A DNA stretch of 63,805 nucleotides, the filler included, from Octopus bimaculoides (taxonomy: Eukaryota): NCBI RefSeq assembly GCF_001194135.2. It is 5 parts of 5 records of this genome, joined end to end, with 100 filler letters (N's around TTAATTAATTAA, not from the genome) between each part and the next. Parts side by side here need not be neighbours in the genome. Positions count along the whole stretch, not along the records: positions 12,373 to 33,584 come from NC_068989.1; 4 more parts are not named here. One strand, written 5' to 3'. The position numbers were made by a program, and so were the translations under genes. Below are positions 14,688 through 26,245 of this stretch, one piece after another. The notes below the pieces were generated by a model. The model saw only the letters and a program-made list of their open reading frames with translations. It made no database searches and had not been told where the DNA came from. Numbering within the stretch: position 1 is the first letter of the stretch; each line of letters begins with the position of its first letter.

Positions 14688-16183
14688 CTAAAGCAATGAA
14701 GAGAAAAATAACCATTATATAAGAACAATGAATAATGGAAGACATGCAGAACTCTAAGAGAAAAGTATTGGTATTAAAAGGGACTCTAACAAGGACTTCA
14801 AAATTCTAGAATGGTCTAGTGTTATAGAGCCAGTATTTCCTATGTATTAAAGAAAGTTTAGTTGTTTCTTCACTTTTAACTCTTTTGATAACTACCTGCC
14901 TGATACCACCCTCAATCTACAATACAAAGTTATCTTAACAAATTTTTCATTCTCTTCCAAATTAATTGAAGTGAAAGCAGTGAGTATTAACAGAAATTTA
15001 GTAAAGAAATGGTTAAGAAAAAATAACATTATTTTCTTTTTATTGCAATTATGTTACCTTTGTTGAATGTGTTATATCATGAGACAGTCCAACAAGATCA
15101 TTTCAGTGTGGAATTTTAATGAAAATGATTGGCAATATTAATGTAGATATTTTTGTAAAATTTTAAGTTAACATTCAGGAGAGGGGAAATAAGTTCCAGA
15201 ATGAAGGAGTCTTTTTAAGGATAGATTCTGTGTAATGTTCAAACTTCAATTTGAAAGGTGTTGAACAACCAGATGAATGCTTTAAAATATTTAATTTCAT
15301 ATGCCTTTACCATTTATATCCTACAGTAGGCAAGTATTAAACAATGGAGTTCATTGAAGCTAATTATTTATTTTTTCTGTGAAAACAATGCAACTCTGTC
15401 TAATCAAAAGAAATTGGTGTTTTGGAGATGGTCCAAAAACCAATGTAAGCACAACTGGTAAGAAGCTTACAGAAAGATGCATTAGATAATTCCATAACAG
15501 GACTGAGGCAAAGTCATAAAATTGGAAGATCAAAATTCATCACACTAACAAGATAGCAATGGCATAGAGCCAGAAGACTGACATTAACCTTTTTGAAACC
15601 GACCTGCCTGAGATTCTCCCTGTTCTATGATACAAACCTTCTGTTTCAAAGTGTGCTAATTTAAAATCTTCCAATAAAATTTCATGTTAATTTATTATCA
15701 ACTTAATAATAACAGTGATGTCCAGACTACAGTGGGGAAGGCAAGCCACTGTATTTAGTTAAAAAGCAATGATGAGCAATGACTGAAAGAATATTGAGCA
15801 AAACTTAATAACCAATTGATCTAGCAAGCAAAGCCTCATTTCAATGGTGCCATCAAGAAGAAGGCTTCGAAACAGTGCACATTTTCTCCTGATGACCCCA
15901 TAAACTTGCAAGCATCTAGTATGCTGAGCATTCAACTGGTAGCACTTGCATCTGCAAGTTGTTTGCAAAAAATCTAAATTCTTCATTATTTTCAAAATTA
16001 ATTGAAACCAAAGAAGTGTATTTCAACAGAAACACTGTAACAAGCAAGTTAAATAAAAAAGCGCTTAGGGCAATCCTTCAGTTTTAAAAATGACCATACA
16101 AAATGGATGTACAAAAGGGATCCATTTTGAAGTACACAGACATAAATCATTAAAATATTAAAAGATGGAGAAACTTTTTTCAC

Positions 16184-16347
16184 CTGCCAAACTACCCATT
16201 GCCAGTTTTCGTCGACCAAATCTCTCAATCATCCAAAGTCCACTGAAGCCAGCCAGAAAGTTGACAGCTGCAGTTAGAGAAGCATACCAAATTGCCTTAG
16301 ATTCATCTCGGATACCTGCCATTTTTATTATTGAAGCACTGTAATAC
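16184..16347 (-). CDS. SLC2A13: SLC2A13-like exon: (M)YYSASIIKMAGIRDESKAIWYASLTAAVNFLAGFSGLWMIERFGRRKLAMGSLA(G)
   Basis: Acceptor ttttaccacAG and donor GTgaaa; 164 bp. AT|G junction with the previous exon. Contains the ERxGRRKL sugar-porter motif. Absent from the ORF track (no ATG, short). Confidence 0.95.
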
Positions 16348-16639
16348 CTGTGGTAAAAGATAATGATTACTTGTTATTCATTTGTTGGCTACTAGTGTGA
16401 ATGGTTTAGACAACTAACATCAAACACAGTAAAGTTTTATCTCTCAGTGAGAATCTTCAGAAACTAATGACAATAACCTGAAGTTGTTGATATTCCCTTT
16501 GCATAGCAGCTTGGCAAGTGTCTTCTATTACAGGCCTAGACTGACCAAAGCCTTGTGAGTATATTTGGTAGGTAAAAACTGAAAGGTATGTGCATGCATG
16601 TGTGTGTGTAAGTGTGGTGGGGTATGTATGTATGTAAAG

Positions 16640-16975
16640 GGTAAAGACCCCCTTTGGTCATGAATGACCATGGTATTGCACCTAGGAAGTTCCCCTCCAA
16701 AACACAAGTTCAGGCAAGGTTTTTTATAGAAGACCAGTAGTCACCCATGCATATCAGCCTCCTCTCTCCATGCCACTGATATTATCCAAGGGAAAGGCAA
16801 AGGCCAATACAGCTTGGCACCTGTGACATCGCAACTCATTTCCTACAGCTGAGTGAACTGGAGCAATGCGAAATAAAGTGTCTTGCTCAAGAACATGACA
16901 CACAGCCTGGTCTGGGAATCAAACTCATTACTTCATGATTGTGAGCCTGACGCTCTAACCACTGAGCCATGTGCC
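16640..16975 (-). mobile_element. SINE family F
   Basis: Reverse complement of 23820-24105. Confidence 0.72.
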
Positions 16976-17911
16976 TGTATGTATGTATGTATGTATGTAT
17001 GTATGTATGTGTCAGTGCCTCCTGATCATGACACTGCATGAATAAATTGCAAATTAGGGTCACCATCATGCAAGTACAGTCATCTGTTTCCAGTCTATGA
17101 AAACATTTTCAATCATTAGGAAATATGACTTTACATGGAGACAAATGAAGGCTGCCAGCAAAGATATGCAGCCATACGAAAATCTGCCTCAACAAATTCT
17201 ATGCAACCCATGCAAGTATGGGAAAAGTGGATGGGAGAACAACAATGATGATAACCAAATGGCCCTCTACAGACTTTTTAATCGCAGAGAAAGTTTTAAC
17301 ATTTCAGTCAGTAATTCACTGCAAAACATGCATACCCTACATTCAGCACTGACAAATAAATACATAATTAAAAAACAATGTATTACATAAACACATCAAA
17401 CTATTCTTTTACTGGTTTAAGTCATTAGTCTGTGGTCAAGCTTTGGCACTACTTTCAAGAGTTTTAGTGAATATTGACTTCAGTATTATAGTCAATATAT
17501 TGAATTCAATATTCTATATCTTCATTTTATGGATGCTGTTTACACACACACACATATATATACATGCCAGTGACACGTAAACGGTACATGTGCCAGTTAT
17601 AGATATATGGCACCCAGTACACTCTGTAGAGAGGTAGCGTTAGGATGGCATCGAGCCGTAGAAACCAAGCCTAAATATACTGGAGCCCGGTGCAGCTCTC
17701 CGGCTTACCAGTTCCGGTCAAACTGTCTAACCTATGCCAGCATGGAAAACGGACGCTAAATGTTGATGCTGCTACTGATGATGATGATGATGGTGATGAT
17801 AATGCCGTCAACACTTATTTTTACAGAGTTACTGCCCGTTAAAAACATAAAGGGAGGTAACTTCCTTTGTTTTGCTGGTTTACACTAATACATATTGTTA
17901 TTCGTGTACAT

Positions 17912-18160
17912 CAATGTTTCTCAAACATTTTTTACGTATGGATCCCCTATATTCCTATTTTACTCAAAGGAACCCTCCTAGCCATTCGACGTTTAAAAAA
18001 AATCATATTATATTTTTATAATTAAATATTATTAAGAATGCATAAAAAAAATTGTTAAAATATTTTGTGTATCGTAAAAGTATTTATTGCAAATAAACTT
18101 TAACAACAAAATCTTATATGGACCTACAAGAGCCATATGGACCCTGGTCGAAAACTACTG
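17912..18160. mobile_element. hAT-type MITE (CAGTGGTTCTCAAC-like ends), decayed
   Basis: Ends CAATGTTTCTCAAAC…GGTCGAAAACTACTG. Shares aaaatcttatat(g/a)ga with 31851-32223. Confidence 0.5.
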
Positions 18161-18370
18161 ATATACATAAACATGTATATATAATGGGCGTCAACACAGT
18201 TTCCAAATGCTATTGCACTTACAAGGCATTAATCGACCTACAATATATAGGTGATAGCTTTGTCCCTACCTCTATAACCCTGTGATTGCAAAGCAAAAGT
18301 CTTAACTTGGTTAGCCATACCTGCAACAATACACATTAGGGAAAATATTGAAGAAACAAGTAACACTTAC

Positions 18371-18485
18371 ATTACAGTATTAATACCACATAACTGTTGG
18401 AAGAGCTGTAAACCACAGCCAACTATTAAGGCACGACATACTGTTTTGCTATGATAGATTCTCTTGAAAGTATTGATGAGACTAC
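18371..18485 (-). CDS. SLC2A13: SLC2A13-like exon: (G)SLINTFKRIYHSKTVCRALIVGCGLQLFQQLCGINTV(M)
   Basis: Acceptor tttttcAG and donor GTaagt; 115 bp. RALIVGCGLQxFQQLxGINT is the HMIT TM7 signature. Confidence 0.95.
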
Positions 18486-18789
18486 CTGAAAAATACAGAG
18501 GAGTTTTTGTTAAGTCATTGATAACATACTTAAAATAGTAAACATCAAAAGCATTTCCCAAAGCATCAACAGCAATCAGCATCATAATCAACAGCAGCAG
18601 CAGTGTTTAAACATCCACTTTTCCATGCTTGTATGAAATGGATAGAATTTACTAAAGCAGATTTTCTACTGTTTGGATACCCTTCTTGTCATCAACCCTC
18701 ACCTGTTTCCAAGTAAGGTAATATTTCTGCATGGCCAGACTCATTTTCACATAAGGTTGAAAATTAAGGTTACTGCTTGTGTGATAATG

Positions 18790-19570
18790 AACCCCATTTA
18801 CAAATATCACACGATGTTAAGACACACACATGGCTGGATGGATAGCTCAAGGATAATAGTAACATTGATAATCAAGGTAGTCTATCATGGACCAACGACC
18901 AGATTATTAACTCTCACTTTGAAGGGTATGCGTTTGTAATCCAGGAACAGGAAATAACCAAATACTTGATGCAGAGAGGAGCAGAAAAAACACCAAAATG
19001 TGACAACCAATGAAATCTCTGTGGAGTTATCACTGAAGATATCACCCACCTCATAAGCAGTTGTCCAAAAATAACATTGCAATATTATCTACCAATGAGA
19101 CATGATGTTGTAGCCGAGACACTGTATAATGAGATTCATCAGGTGGATAATCCCAAGGTCAAACAGATAAGAACCTACAGTATGGTAGAGGTCAAAGCCA
19201 CTAATATGAAAGAATACTGGTGGAACGTCCCAATCAAAATCTCAATAAATGTAAACATAATAGACTGGATATGATGACTTGGAACAAAAAGAAACTATAC
19301 ACAATAGTAAAAATTAGCAGCCCAGCAGCTGTCAACATAAAGTGAAAAAGAAAACACCTATGCTGAATTATTTAGAAACTTGTAGTTGCTCTATCCAGAT
19401 TACAAGTTCAGGTTTATACTTGTAATTATTGGGGCACTGGAATATGTAACAAACTGCCTAATTAGACATCTCAAAACCAGAGAGGAGAAAGCTAATTTGA
19501 AGACAAGAGATTCAAGCCATCAATGGAAGTGTAAAAATTTGTAAAACTTTCCAGAAGTTTAGCATTTGAG
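18790..19570 (+). mobile_element. 3' fragment of a restriction-like-endonuclease non-LTR retrotransposon (R4/Dong-like), decayed, antisense within an SLC2A13 intron
   Basis: FEGYAFVIQEQEITKYL; CCHC knuckle (*)NLCG..EDITHLISSC; YYLPMRHDVVA; HNRLD..W (decayed PD motif) …KISSP; ends KICKTFQKF*. Confidence 0.8.
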
Positions 19571-19679
19571 TATATATGCACATATATAGAACTATATGTG
19601 ACATTTGTTATTGTGCCATCTGTAACTTTACGGATTTTGGCATCCATTATCTTATAATCAAATATAATAACTTTTTTTT

Positions 19680-20085
19680 TTCCTTTTATCTGTTTCAGTG
19701 TGGCCATGCTGGGGCACTGTCTTGAAGAACTTTTAGTCAAATGAAATGACCCCAGTATTTATTTTTGTTTTTTTGTTGATTTTTTTTTAAGACTGGTACT
19801 TATTATATCGGTCATTTTTGCCAAACCACTAAATTATGGGAACATGAACAAACCAACGTTGGTTGTCAAGTAGTAGTTAGGTACAAGCAGACACAAAGAA
19901 ACACACACACACGCACACATATATATATGATGGGCTTCTTTCAGTTTCTGTCTACTAAATTCATTCACAAGGATTTGGTTGGCCCAAGGCTATAATAAAA
20001 ACACTTGCCTACAGTACCATGCAGTAGGACTGAACCCAGAACCTATGTGGTTGGGAAGCAAGCTTCTTTCCACACAGCCACATCT
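19680..20085 (-). mobile_element. SINE family A, CpG-decayed
   Basis: Colinear with 22270-22680, with many CG>TG/CA changes. Confidence 0.75.
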
Positions 20086-20324
20086 GCAAATTTTGTTATC
20101 CATTATCTTAAAATAAAAAATAATGGTAAAACACTTGACATGTAATCACAGAGATGTGAGTTCGAGTCTCATGGCTGGCTGGCAACGTATTTTTCTGCAT
20201 TATATGGATAATTTATCCTGATCACACTATTTATAGCATTATCACGCGTTTGAGAAATAAATTTATTTCGGTATCTTAAAAAATAATAAAATAAGAATAC
20301 AAAGAAAGAGCTTGTTGTAATTAC

Positions 20325-20350
20325 CATGCACTGGATTACTTTTGACACTT
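20325..20350 (-). CDS. SLC2A13: SLC2A13-like exon, 3' stub only (..SVKSNPVH(G)); the rest lies in N-gap 20351-20630
   Basis: Donor CATG|GTAATT. The phase-1 end completes codon G|GT with the next exon. SVKSN aligns with human SIKNN in the central loop. Confidence 0.7.
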
Positions 20351-20721
20351 NNNNNNNNNNNNNNNNNNNNNNNNNNNNNNNNNNNNNNNNNNNNNNNNNN
20401 NNNNNNNNNNNNNNNNNNNNNNNNNNNNNNNNNNNNNNNNNNNNNNNNNNNNNNNNNNNNNNNNNNNNNNNNNNNNNNNNNNNNNNNNNNNNNNNNNNNN
20501 NNNNNNNNNNNNNNNNNNNNNNNNNNNNNNNNNNNNNNNNNNNNNNNNNNNNNNNNNNNNNNNNNNNNNNNNNNNNNNNNNNNNNNNNNNNNNNNNNNNN
20601 NNNNNNNNNNNNNNNNNNNNNNNNNNNNNAATGAAATATTTAAATAGTTAAATAAATGAATAAAATAGTTTCAAACAGAATTTTGCAGCTTTGAGAATCA
20701 ATGAAAATTCAGGAAGCAAGC

Positions 20722-20958
20722 TTCTTATTTCTTTATTGCCCACAAGGGGCTACACACAGAGGGAACAAACAAGGACAGACAAAGGGATTAAGTCGTTTAC
20801 ATCGACCCCAGTGCGTAACTGGTACTTAATTTATCGACCCTGAAAGGATGAAAGGCAAAGTCGACCTAGGCGGAATTTGAACTCAGAACGTAAAGACAGA
20901 CGAAATACCGCTAAGCATTTCGCCCAGCGTGCTAACGATTCTGCCAGCTCGCCGCTTC
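20722..20958 (-). mobile_element. SINE family B, young copy
   Basis: Near-identical reverse complement of 1180-1413. Confidence 0.85.
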
Positions 20959-21201
20959 TTACCACACAACCATGCGTATGAATCTTACTTAAGTAAGAGG
21001 TATTTTTATTTGTGTCTTATTTGAGATATGCATATAAATAAAAAGGTAAAAATCTGAAGTTACTTTCCATGCTCCAAGAGGTTGAAGAAAACTTTAGCGA
21101 AAGTGTATGAGAAGGCAAAAGGACAGAAATAATAGCACTTCACTAAATAATAAGCGCAGGCATGGCAGTATGGTTCAGAAATTTGCTTCACAATTACATA
21201 G

Positions 21202-21460
21202 TGGAGGCATGTGGCTTAGTGGTTAGGGTGTTGGACTCATGATCGTAAGATTGTAGTCCCAATTTCTGGACCAGGTAATGTGATGTGTTCTTCAGCAAAA
21301 CACTTCATGTCATGTTGCTCCAGTCCACTCATTGACAAAAATGAATAATCCTGTAATGGATGGTGGACAGGTGTTCTGTCCAGGTGGGGAATTTATATGC
21401 CATGGAAACCAGGAAACTGGCCCTTATGAGTCAGCATGATTCAGGAAGGTGACTTTACCA
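21202..21460 (+). mobile_element. tRNA-headed SINE nested in a decayed family-A-like SINE
   Basis: A-box TGGCTTAGTGG. The host element resumes after ~21470. Possible TSD attacat. Confidence 0.6.
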
Positions 21461-21909
21461 TTACTTTTTCACTATTACATGGTTTCATGTTTGATCTCAC
21501 TGTGCTACATTTTGAGCAATGATCATCTACAATAGCTTCAGGTTCACTAAAGCCTTATAAATAAATAGTCAAATCTGATAGATGGAAATTTCATGAAAGC
21601 CTACTGGAGGGACCAGTTCAGTTCTTGGATGGCAGATGTAATCCATTGCTTAATTTAATATCACCACACCTGATATTTTGGTGCCTTGCAAGCCTTTTAT
21701 TAAATCTCTGAAATGAAGATAGCTACTTTCATGTTTCCACCAGTCACATAGGCCCAGAAAAAGGGATCATGGGCACTGCTCTTTTCATTCTGAGCTATTA
21801 AAAAAAGCATAAACAAAGGAATATGGAATGATGATGATGATGATAGTAGTGGTAGTAGCAGAAGTAAGTAAATAAGTAAGTAAGTAAACATGAAAACACT
21901 ACAACCTAC

Positions 21910-22066
21910 CTCCAGCCTTCTGGTACACAACTAAAAAGTCCATCCATTACACTAGCCACAAACTGCCCACCAGTGATGAAAAAGTTGTTCATTGTTACCA
22001 ACTGACCACGTATAGATACTGGTGCACATTCTGCTATATATATAGGCACAGTAGTAGAAGCCAATC
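21910..22066 (-). CDS. SLC2A13: SLC2A13/HMIT-like transporter, internal exon (equivalent to vertebrate exon 2): (G)[51 protein letters not shown](R)
   Basis: Acceptor ttttacAG and donor GTaggt; 157 bp, open frame. Carries the sugar-porter motif PxYIAExAPxxxRG. Closely matches recalled human HMIT [45 protein letters not shown]..GWR. Confidence 0.93.
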
Positions 22067-22269
22067 CTGTAAAAGATATATATTTGAATTTTTTTTCAAT
22101 CTGTAGGCATAACTATATGTATACATTTGTGTACATAAATATATATCCAAGTATGTATATGTATGGTTGTCTATATGAATGTGTGCCTATGTGTGTGTGT
22201 GTGTGTGTGAGTGTATTTATACAAACATGTATGCATATTTGTGAATGTATCAGTATATGTATACATACG

Positions 22270-22471
22270 TATACTCTTTACTCTTTTACTTGTTTCAGTC
22301 ATTTGACTGCGGCCATACTGGAGCACCGCCTTTAGTCGAGCAAATCGACCCCAGGACTTATTCTTTGTAAGCCTAATACTTATTCTATCGATCTCTTTTG
22401 CCGAACCGCTAAGTTACAGGGATGTAAACACACCAGCATCGGTTGTCAAGCGATGTTGGGGGGACACACAG

Positions 22472-22520
<49 letters not shown>

Positions 22521-22680
22521 TGACGGGCTTCTTTCAGTTTCCGTCTACCAAATCCACTCACAAGGCTTTGGTCGGCCCAAGGCTATAGTAGAAGACACTT
22601 GCCCAAATTGCCACGCAGTGGGACTGAACCCGGAACCATGTGATTGGTAAGCAAGCTACTTACCACACAGCCACTCCTGT
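22270..22680 (-). mobile_element. tRNA-derived SINE family A (internal TA/CA microsatellite), young copy
   Basis: Head GGAGTGGCTGTGTGGTAAGTAGCTTGC…GGTTCAGTCCC, tail …GACTGAAACAAGTAAAAGAG. Confidence 0.88.
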
Positions 22681-22817
22681 GCTGCGAGATTAATAACCTG
22701 CTGTAGAACTCATTATACATATTTTTTAGAATGAAGTGCTAAAAGAAGTAATAAGAAAAAGAGATGACACAGGAAAAACAATCATTTTTCCTGTCATCTA
22801 TTTTACTAATGTATATA

Positions 22818-23031
22818 CAAGGGATGCTGAAAAGTTCCTGGCATTAAGGATATGATGAAAGGCCAGGTTGGAGGCCCAACCTTCTGAGTTCCTTTACAGG
22901 GCTTAGAAAAACTGAAGGACTGCTGCAATAAGTGTGTGAATCTGAGAAGGGAATATGTTAAATAAATATAATTAATGGATTCTCCTGTATTTTCTTTTAC
23001 CCAAAGCCAGGAACTTTTCGGCACCTCCTTG
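22818..23031. mobile_element. Mariner-derived MITE, same family as 3172-3381, opposite orientation
   Basis: TIRs CAAGGGATGCTGAAAAGTTCCTGGC / GCCAGGAACTTTTCGGCACCTCCTTG with TA on both sides. Confidence 0.8.
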
Positions 23032-23509
23032 TATATCGCCATTGAAAAGTATGTAGATGTGTGTATATGTTTACATACATGCATGTGTTGATGAAGCCAT
23101 GGCCAAGAGGTTGAGAAGTTTGTTTCTCAATCATAACATTTTAGATTCAATCCCACTGCACAGGACTTTGAGCATGTGCTTTTTACTATAACAATGCTTT
23201 AACCCAAACCATTTGAATCAAGCTGGTTAGACAGAAATTGTAGAAGATTATTAGATAGACTTGCACCTATAATTCTGGTTCCTATTGAAACTGCTTCATA
23301 ATTATATGAAGGATACAAGTCACAGTGAAATACTCAGCCACTTACATGCTAAATCAATGACTAGGTAATCCAATTAAGCGAACAACGGTGAAACTGACAT
23401 AAAACCATTTACTTTTACATATGTGTATACATATGTATATATGTGAGTGTATATATGCATATGTCTCAATGAATGTGTGTGTGTATGTGTATGTGTATAT
23501 ATGTAGTGG

Positions 23510-23815
23510 TTCCCAACGCCTGGAAAATGCAAGCACATGACTGTGCTGCCTGGTGTAGCTGCACCAACAGAGGTGCCACCTCCCATGAACAGGATAGGAT
23601 TGCAGGTGCACAAAGAAAACGTTAGCTGCACAAGTCCAGAGCCAACTCCTTGCCTTCATTCCCAGCAGACCACCAGTGCCCAACCTATGGCAGAACCTTT
23701 CAAGCATGCATCAGCCCAACCAGCCACAACCAGTCTTACCGTGATCCATTTTCTTCACCCATGTGGTTTTCTGGTCATCATCGACAAACAACGGATGAAT
23801 ATTATTATTATTATA
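23510..23815 (+). mobile_element. RTE/BovB-like LINE 3' end
   Basis: WKMQAHDCAAW…EQDRIAGAQRKR*..K…HQCPTYGRTFQACISPTSH matches the decayed terminal C2H2-like motif. Followed by an (ATT)n tail. Confidence 0.7.
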
Positions 23816-23819
23816 GTGT

Positions 23820-24105
23820 TATCACTCAATGGTTAGGGCGCCAGGCCCACAATCATGAGTTAGTGAGTTTGATTCCCAGACCAGGCAGTGTGTTGTGTTC
23901 TTGAGCAAGACACTTTATTTCACGTTGCTCCAGTTCACTCAGCCGTAGAAAATAAGTTGCAACGTCACTGGTGGAAAAGGGTAGCTTGTATGCATGGGCG
24001 ACTGCTGGTCTTCCATAAACAAACTTGTCCAGACTTGTGCCTCAGAGTGTAACTTTCTAAGTGTAATCCCATGGTCATTCATGACTAAAGGGGGTCTTTA
24101 CTCTT
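23820..24105 (+). mobile_element. tRNA-headed SINE with CORE-like central segment (family F)
   Basis: …GTGTTGTGTTCTTGAGCAAGACACTT… Reverse-complement copy at ~16640-16975. Confidence 0.72.
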
Positions 24106-24749
24106 TCTTTAGAGCTTAGCTCTGAAAAGTGGAGGCAATGCTCTTAACTTTTTCAAAAGCCCTCTCTGCTGGAGATTAAGGATATTTTGGTGATGTTAAT
24201 TCAGTTCAATTGAACTGTTAAAGTTACTAATGAATAGAAGTAAAGCATAAGAAGGAATATATTAGGTTGGAAGCAAATTCTGTTACATTTTTGACAGGAT
24301 CACTTTGAGGGTACCATTTCAGTGCTTACCATAAAATAAGCATTAATTTTTATACTCTAATGTTTTCTTTCTTTCGCAGATTACCTTATACCATAGAAGT
24401 TCAATTTGTATTGATTTTACCCTTTTAAAATGAGTTTAGATCAGATCCATATCAAACACTGAAATCTGTATAAATGGAAGCAACATGAAATATTCATTCT
24501 GTCTATGGAAATGAAGATTTCAGTATTCTGAACATGCCAACAGGAGTTTTATCTTTTATCTTTTACTTGTTTTGGTCTCATTAGAGTGCAACCATGCTGA
24601 AGTCTGATAAATTTAAATCCAATTTAAAAGCTATTATAGACTTATGAAACCAGATGAGAATGATCAAACAGATTTATTTTTATTAAATCTTTGGTAGTAC
24701 TGAAGCCACTTACTTTGATGAAATACAGCGGCCTTTCACTATATTAAAT

Positions 24750-25050
24750 ATTCATATCTTTTATCTTTATTTTTTTTTGCTTGTTTTAGTCATTAGACTG
24801 TGGTCATGCTGGGGCAACACCTTGAATACTTTTTAGTATATGTATTGACCCCAGTACTAATTTTCTGTTAAGCTTTGTACTTATATATATATATATAGAC
24901 GACAGTTTCAGTTTCTGTCTACCAAATCCACTCACAAGGCTTTGTTTGGCCCAACGTAATAGTAGAAGACACTTGGCCAAGGTACCATATAGTGGGACTG
25001 AACCCAAAACCATGTATTTGAGAAAAGGCTTCTTACCACACAGCCACAAT
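24750..25050 (-). mobile_element. SINE family A inserted in the mariner
   Basis: Same head and tail; internal deletion. Confidence 0.72.
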
Positions 25051-25396
25051 TTTGCTCAGGAAATTTTTTTCACACAGATTTCCCTTGATCTTGACAACCA
25101 AGTTCTGTCAATATTGAGCTTCTGAAAACTGTAATTAAGGAAAATGTCTAAGCAAACTGCATGAGAATCAGCAAAGCAGTTCAAGTTACATTTTGATCAT
25201 AATACACCTTCATGAACTAGAAAAAGAGTCTAAACTTGGTCTGTGGGTTCCTTATCATCTGATTGCTTCTTAGCTAATCAAAGAGTTGCCATCTGTTTGT
25301 CATTGAAGGATAGACTTGATACCACACCTTTCTTGGGTGGAATCATCACAAGTAATGAGAAAAGGACATTTTTAATCATATCCAATGAAAACAACA

Positions 25397-25704
25397 GTGG
25401 AAGCACATGGCCTAGTGGTTAAAGCAGTGGACTTGCGGTCGAGGGATCACAGGTTCGAATCTCAGACCAAGCAATGTGTGTGCTTATGAGCAAAACACCT
25501 AAGTTCCATGTGGCTTTGGCAGAAGGTAATGGAGAACTTCTACTGACTCTTTCACCACAACTTTCTCTCACTCTTTCCTCCTCCTGCATCTAGCAGCTCA
25601 CCTGCGATGGACAGGCCTCCTGTCCAGGTGGGGAACCTATACACCAATGAAGCCAGAAAAACTGGCTGTTATGAGCCAGGCATGGCTTGAAAAGGAACAA
25701 ACAG
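25397..25704 (+). mobile_element. tRNA-headed SINE (C-related head) inserted in the mariner ORF with a 14-bp TSD
   Basis: TSD CAATGAAAACAACA (25383-25396) / CAATGAAAGCAACA (25705-25718). Confidence 0.8.
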
Positions 25705-25981
25705 CAATGAAAGCAACAATGGTTAACAGTCAATGAAAAAAGCAGAATCCATCTCTAAACTAGGGCTACATTCAAAAAATAAAAAGCTATGCTGTGTGAT
25801 ATGAAGGGTGTCATCTAAGTTGAAGTGTTAAATCAAAACAAAACAGTTAATGTGGAGTGGTATTCTTATCAATTGGAAGCATTGCACAAAAATTTGCAGA
25901 AAAAACATTGGTTACTTGTAAAGGAGTGTCACTCTAACACAATAATGCAAAACCATGTATTGTCCAAGTCATACAGTTCTA

Positions 25982-26245
25982 TATTTAAGAGATGAGGAAT
26001 TATGTACATTATTTACATTTGACAGATATTTGTCATCATTGTTGTTAACACAACGCTTTGGCTGATATACCCTCCAGCCTTCATCAGGTGACTTGGGGAA
26101 ATTTTGAACCTGGGTTCTCATTCCTAAAGTATTTTTCGATGCTGTTGTTGTTATTATTATTATTATTATTCAGGTCACTGCCTGGAATCGAACTCGGAAT
26201 CTTGGGGTTAGTAGCCCGCGCTCTTAACCACTACGCCATATGCCC
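25982..26245 (-). mobile_element. Family D element, full length (copy 1), hammerhead core mutated
   Basis: Reverse complement of the same head, body and tail. The core at 26047-26092 reads CAGCC-AAAGC-GTT instead of CAGCC-GAAAC-GTT. Confidence 0.8.

Larger units (their letters stand above)
24262..25975 (+). mobile_element. Decayed mariner (Tc1/mariner) element interrupted by two SINEs
   Basis: TA|TTAGGTTGG TIR start. Fragments: MSLDQIHIKH, NIHSVYG, SKLGLWVPYHL (WVPHEL), PFLGGIITSNEK, QW, GLHSK, MKGVI, TVNVEWYSYQL, HNNAKP (HDNARP). Confidence 0.82.
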
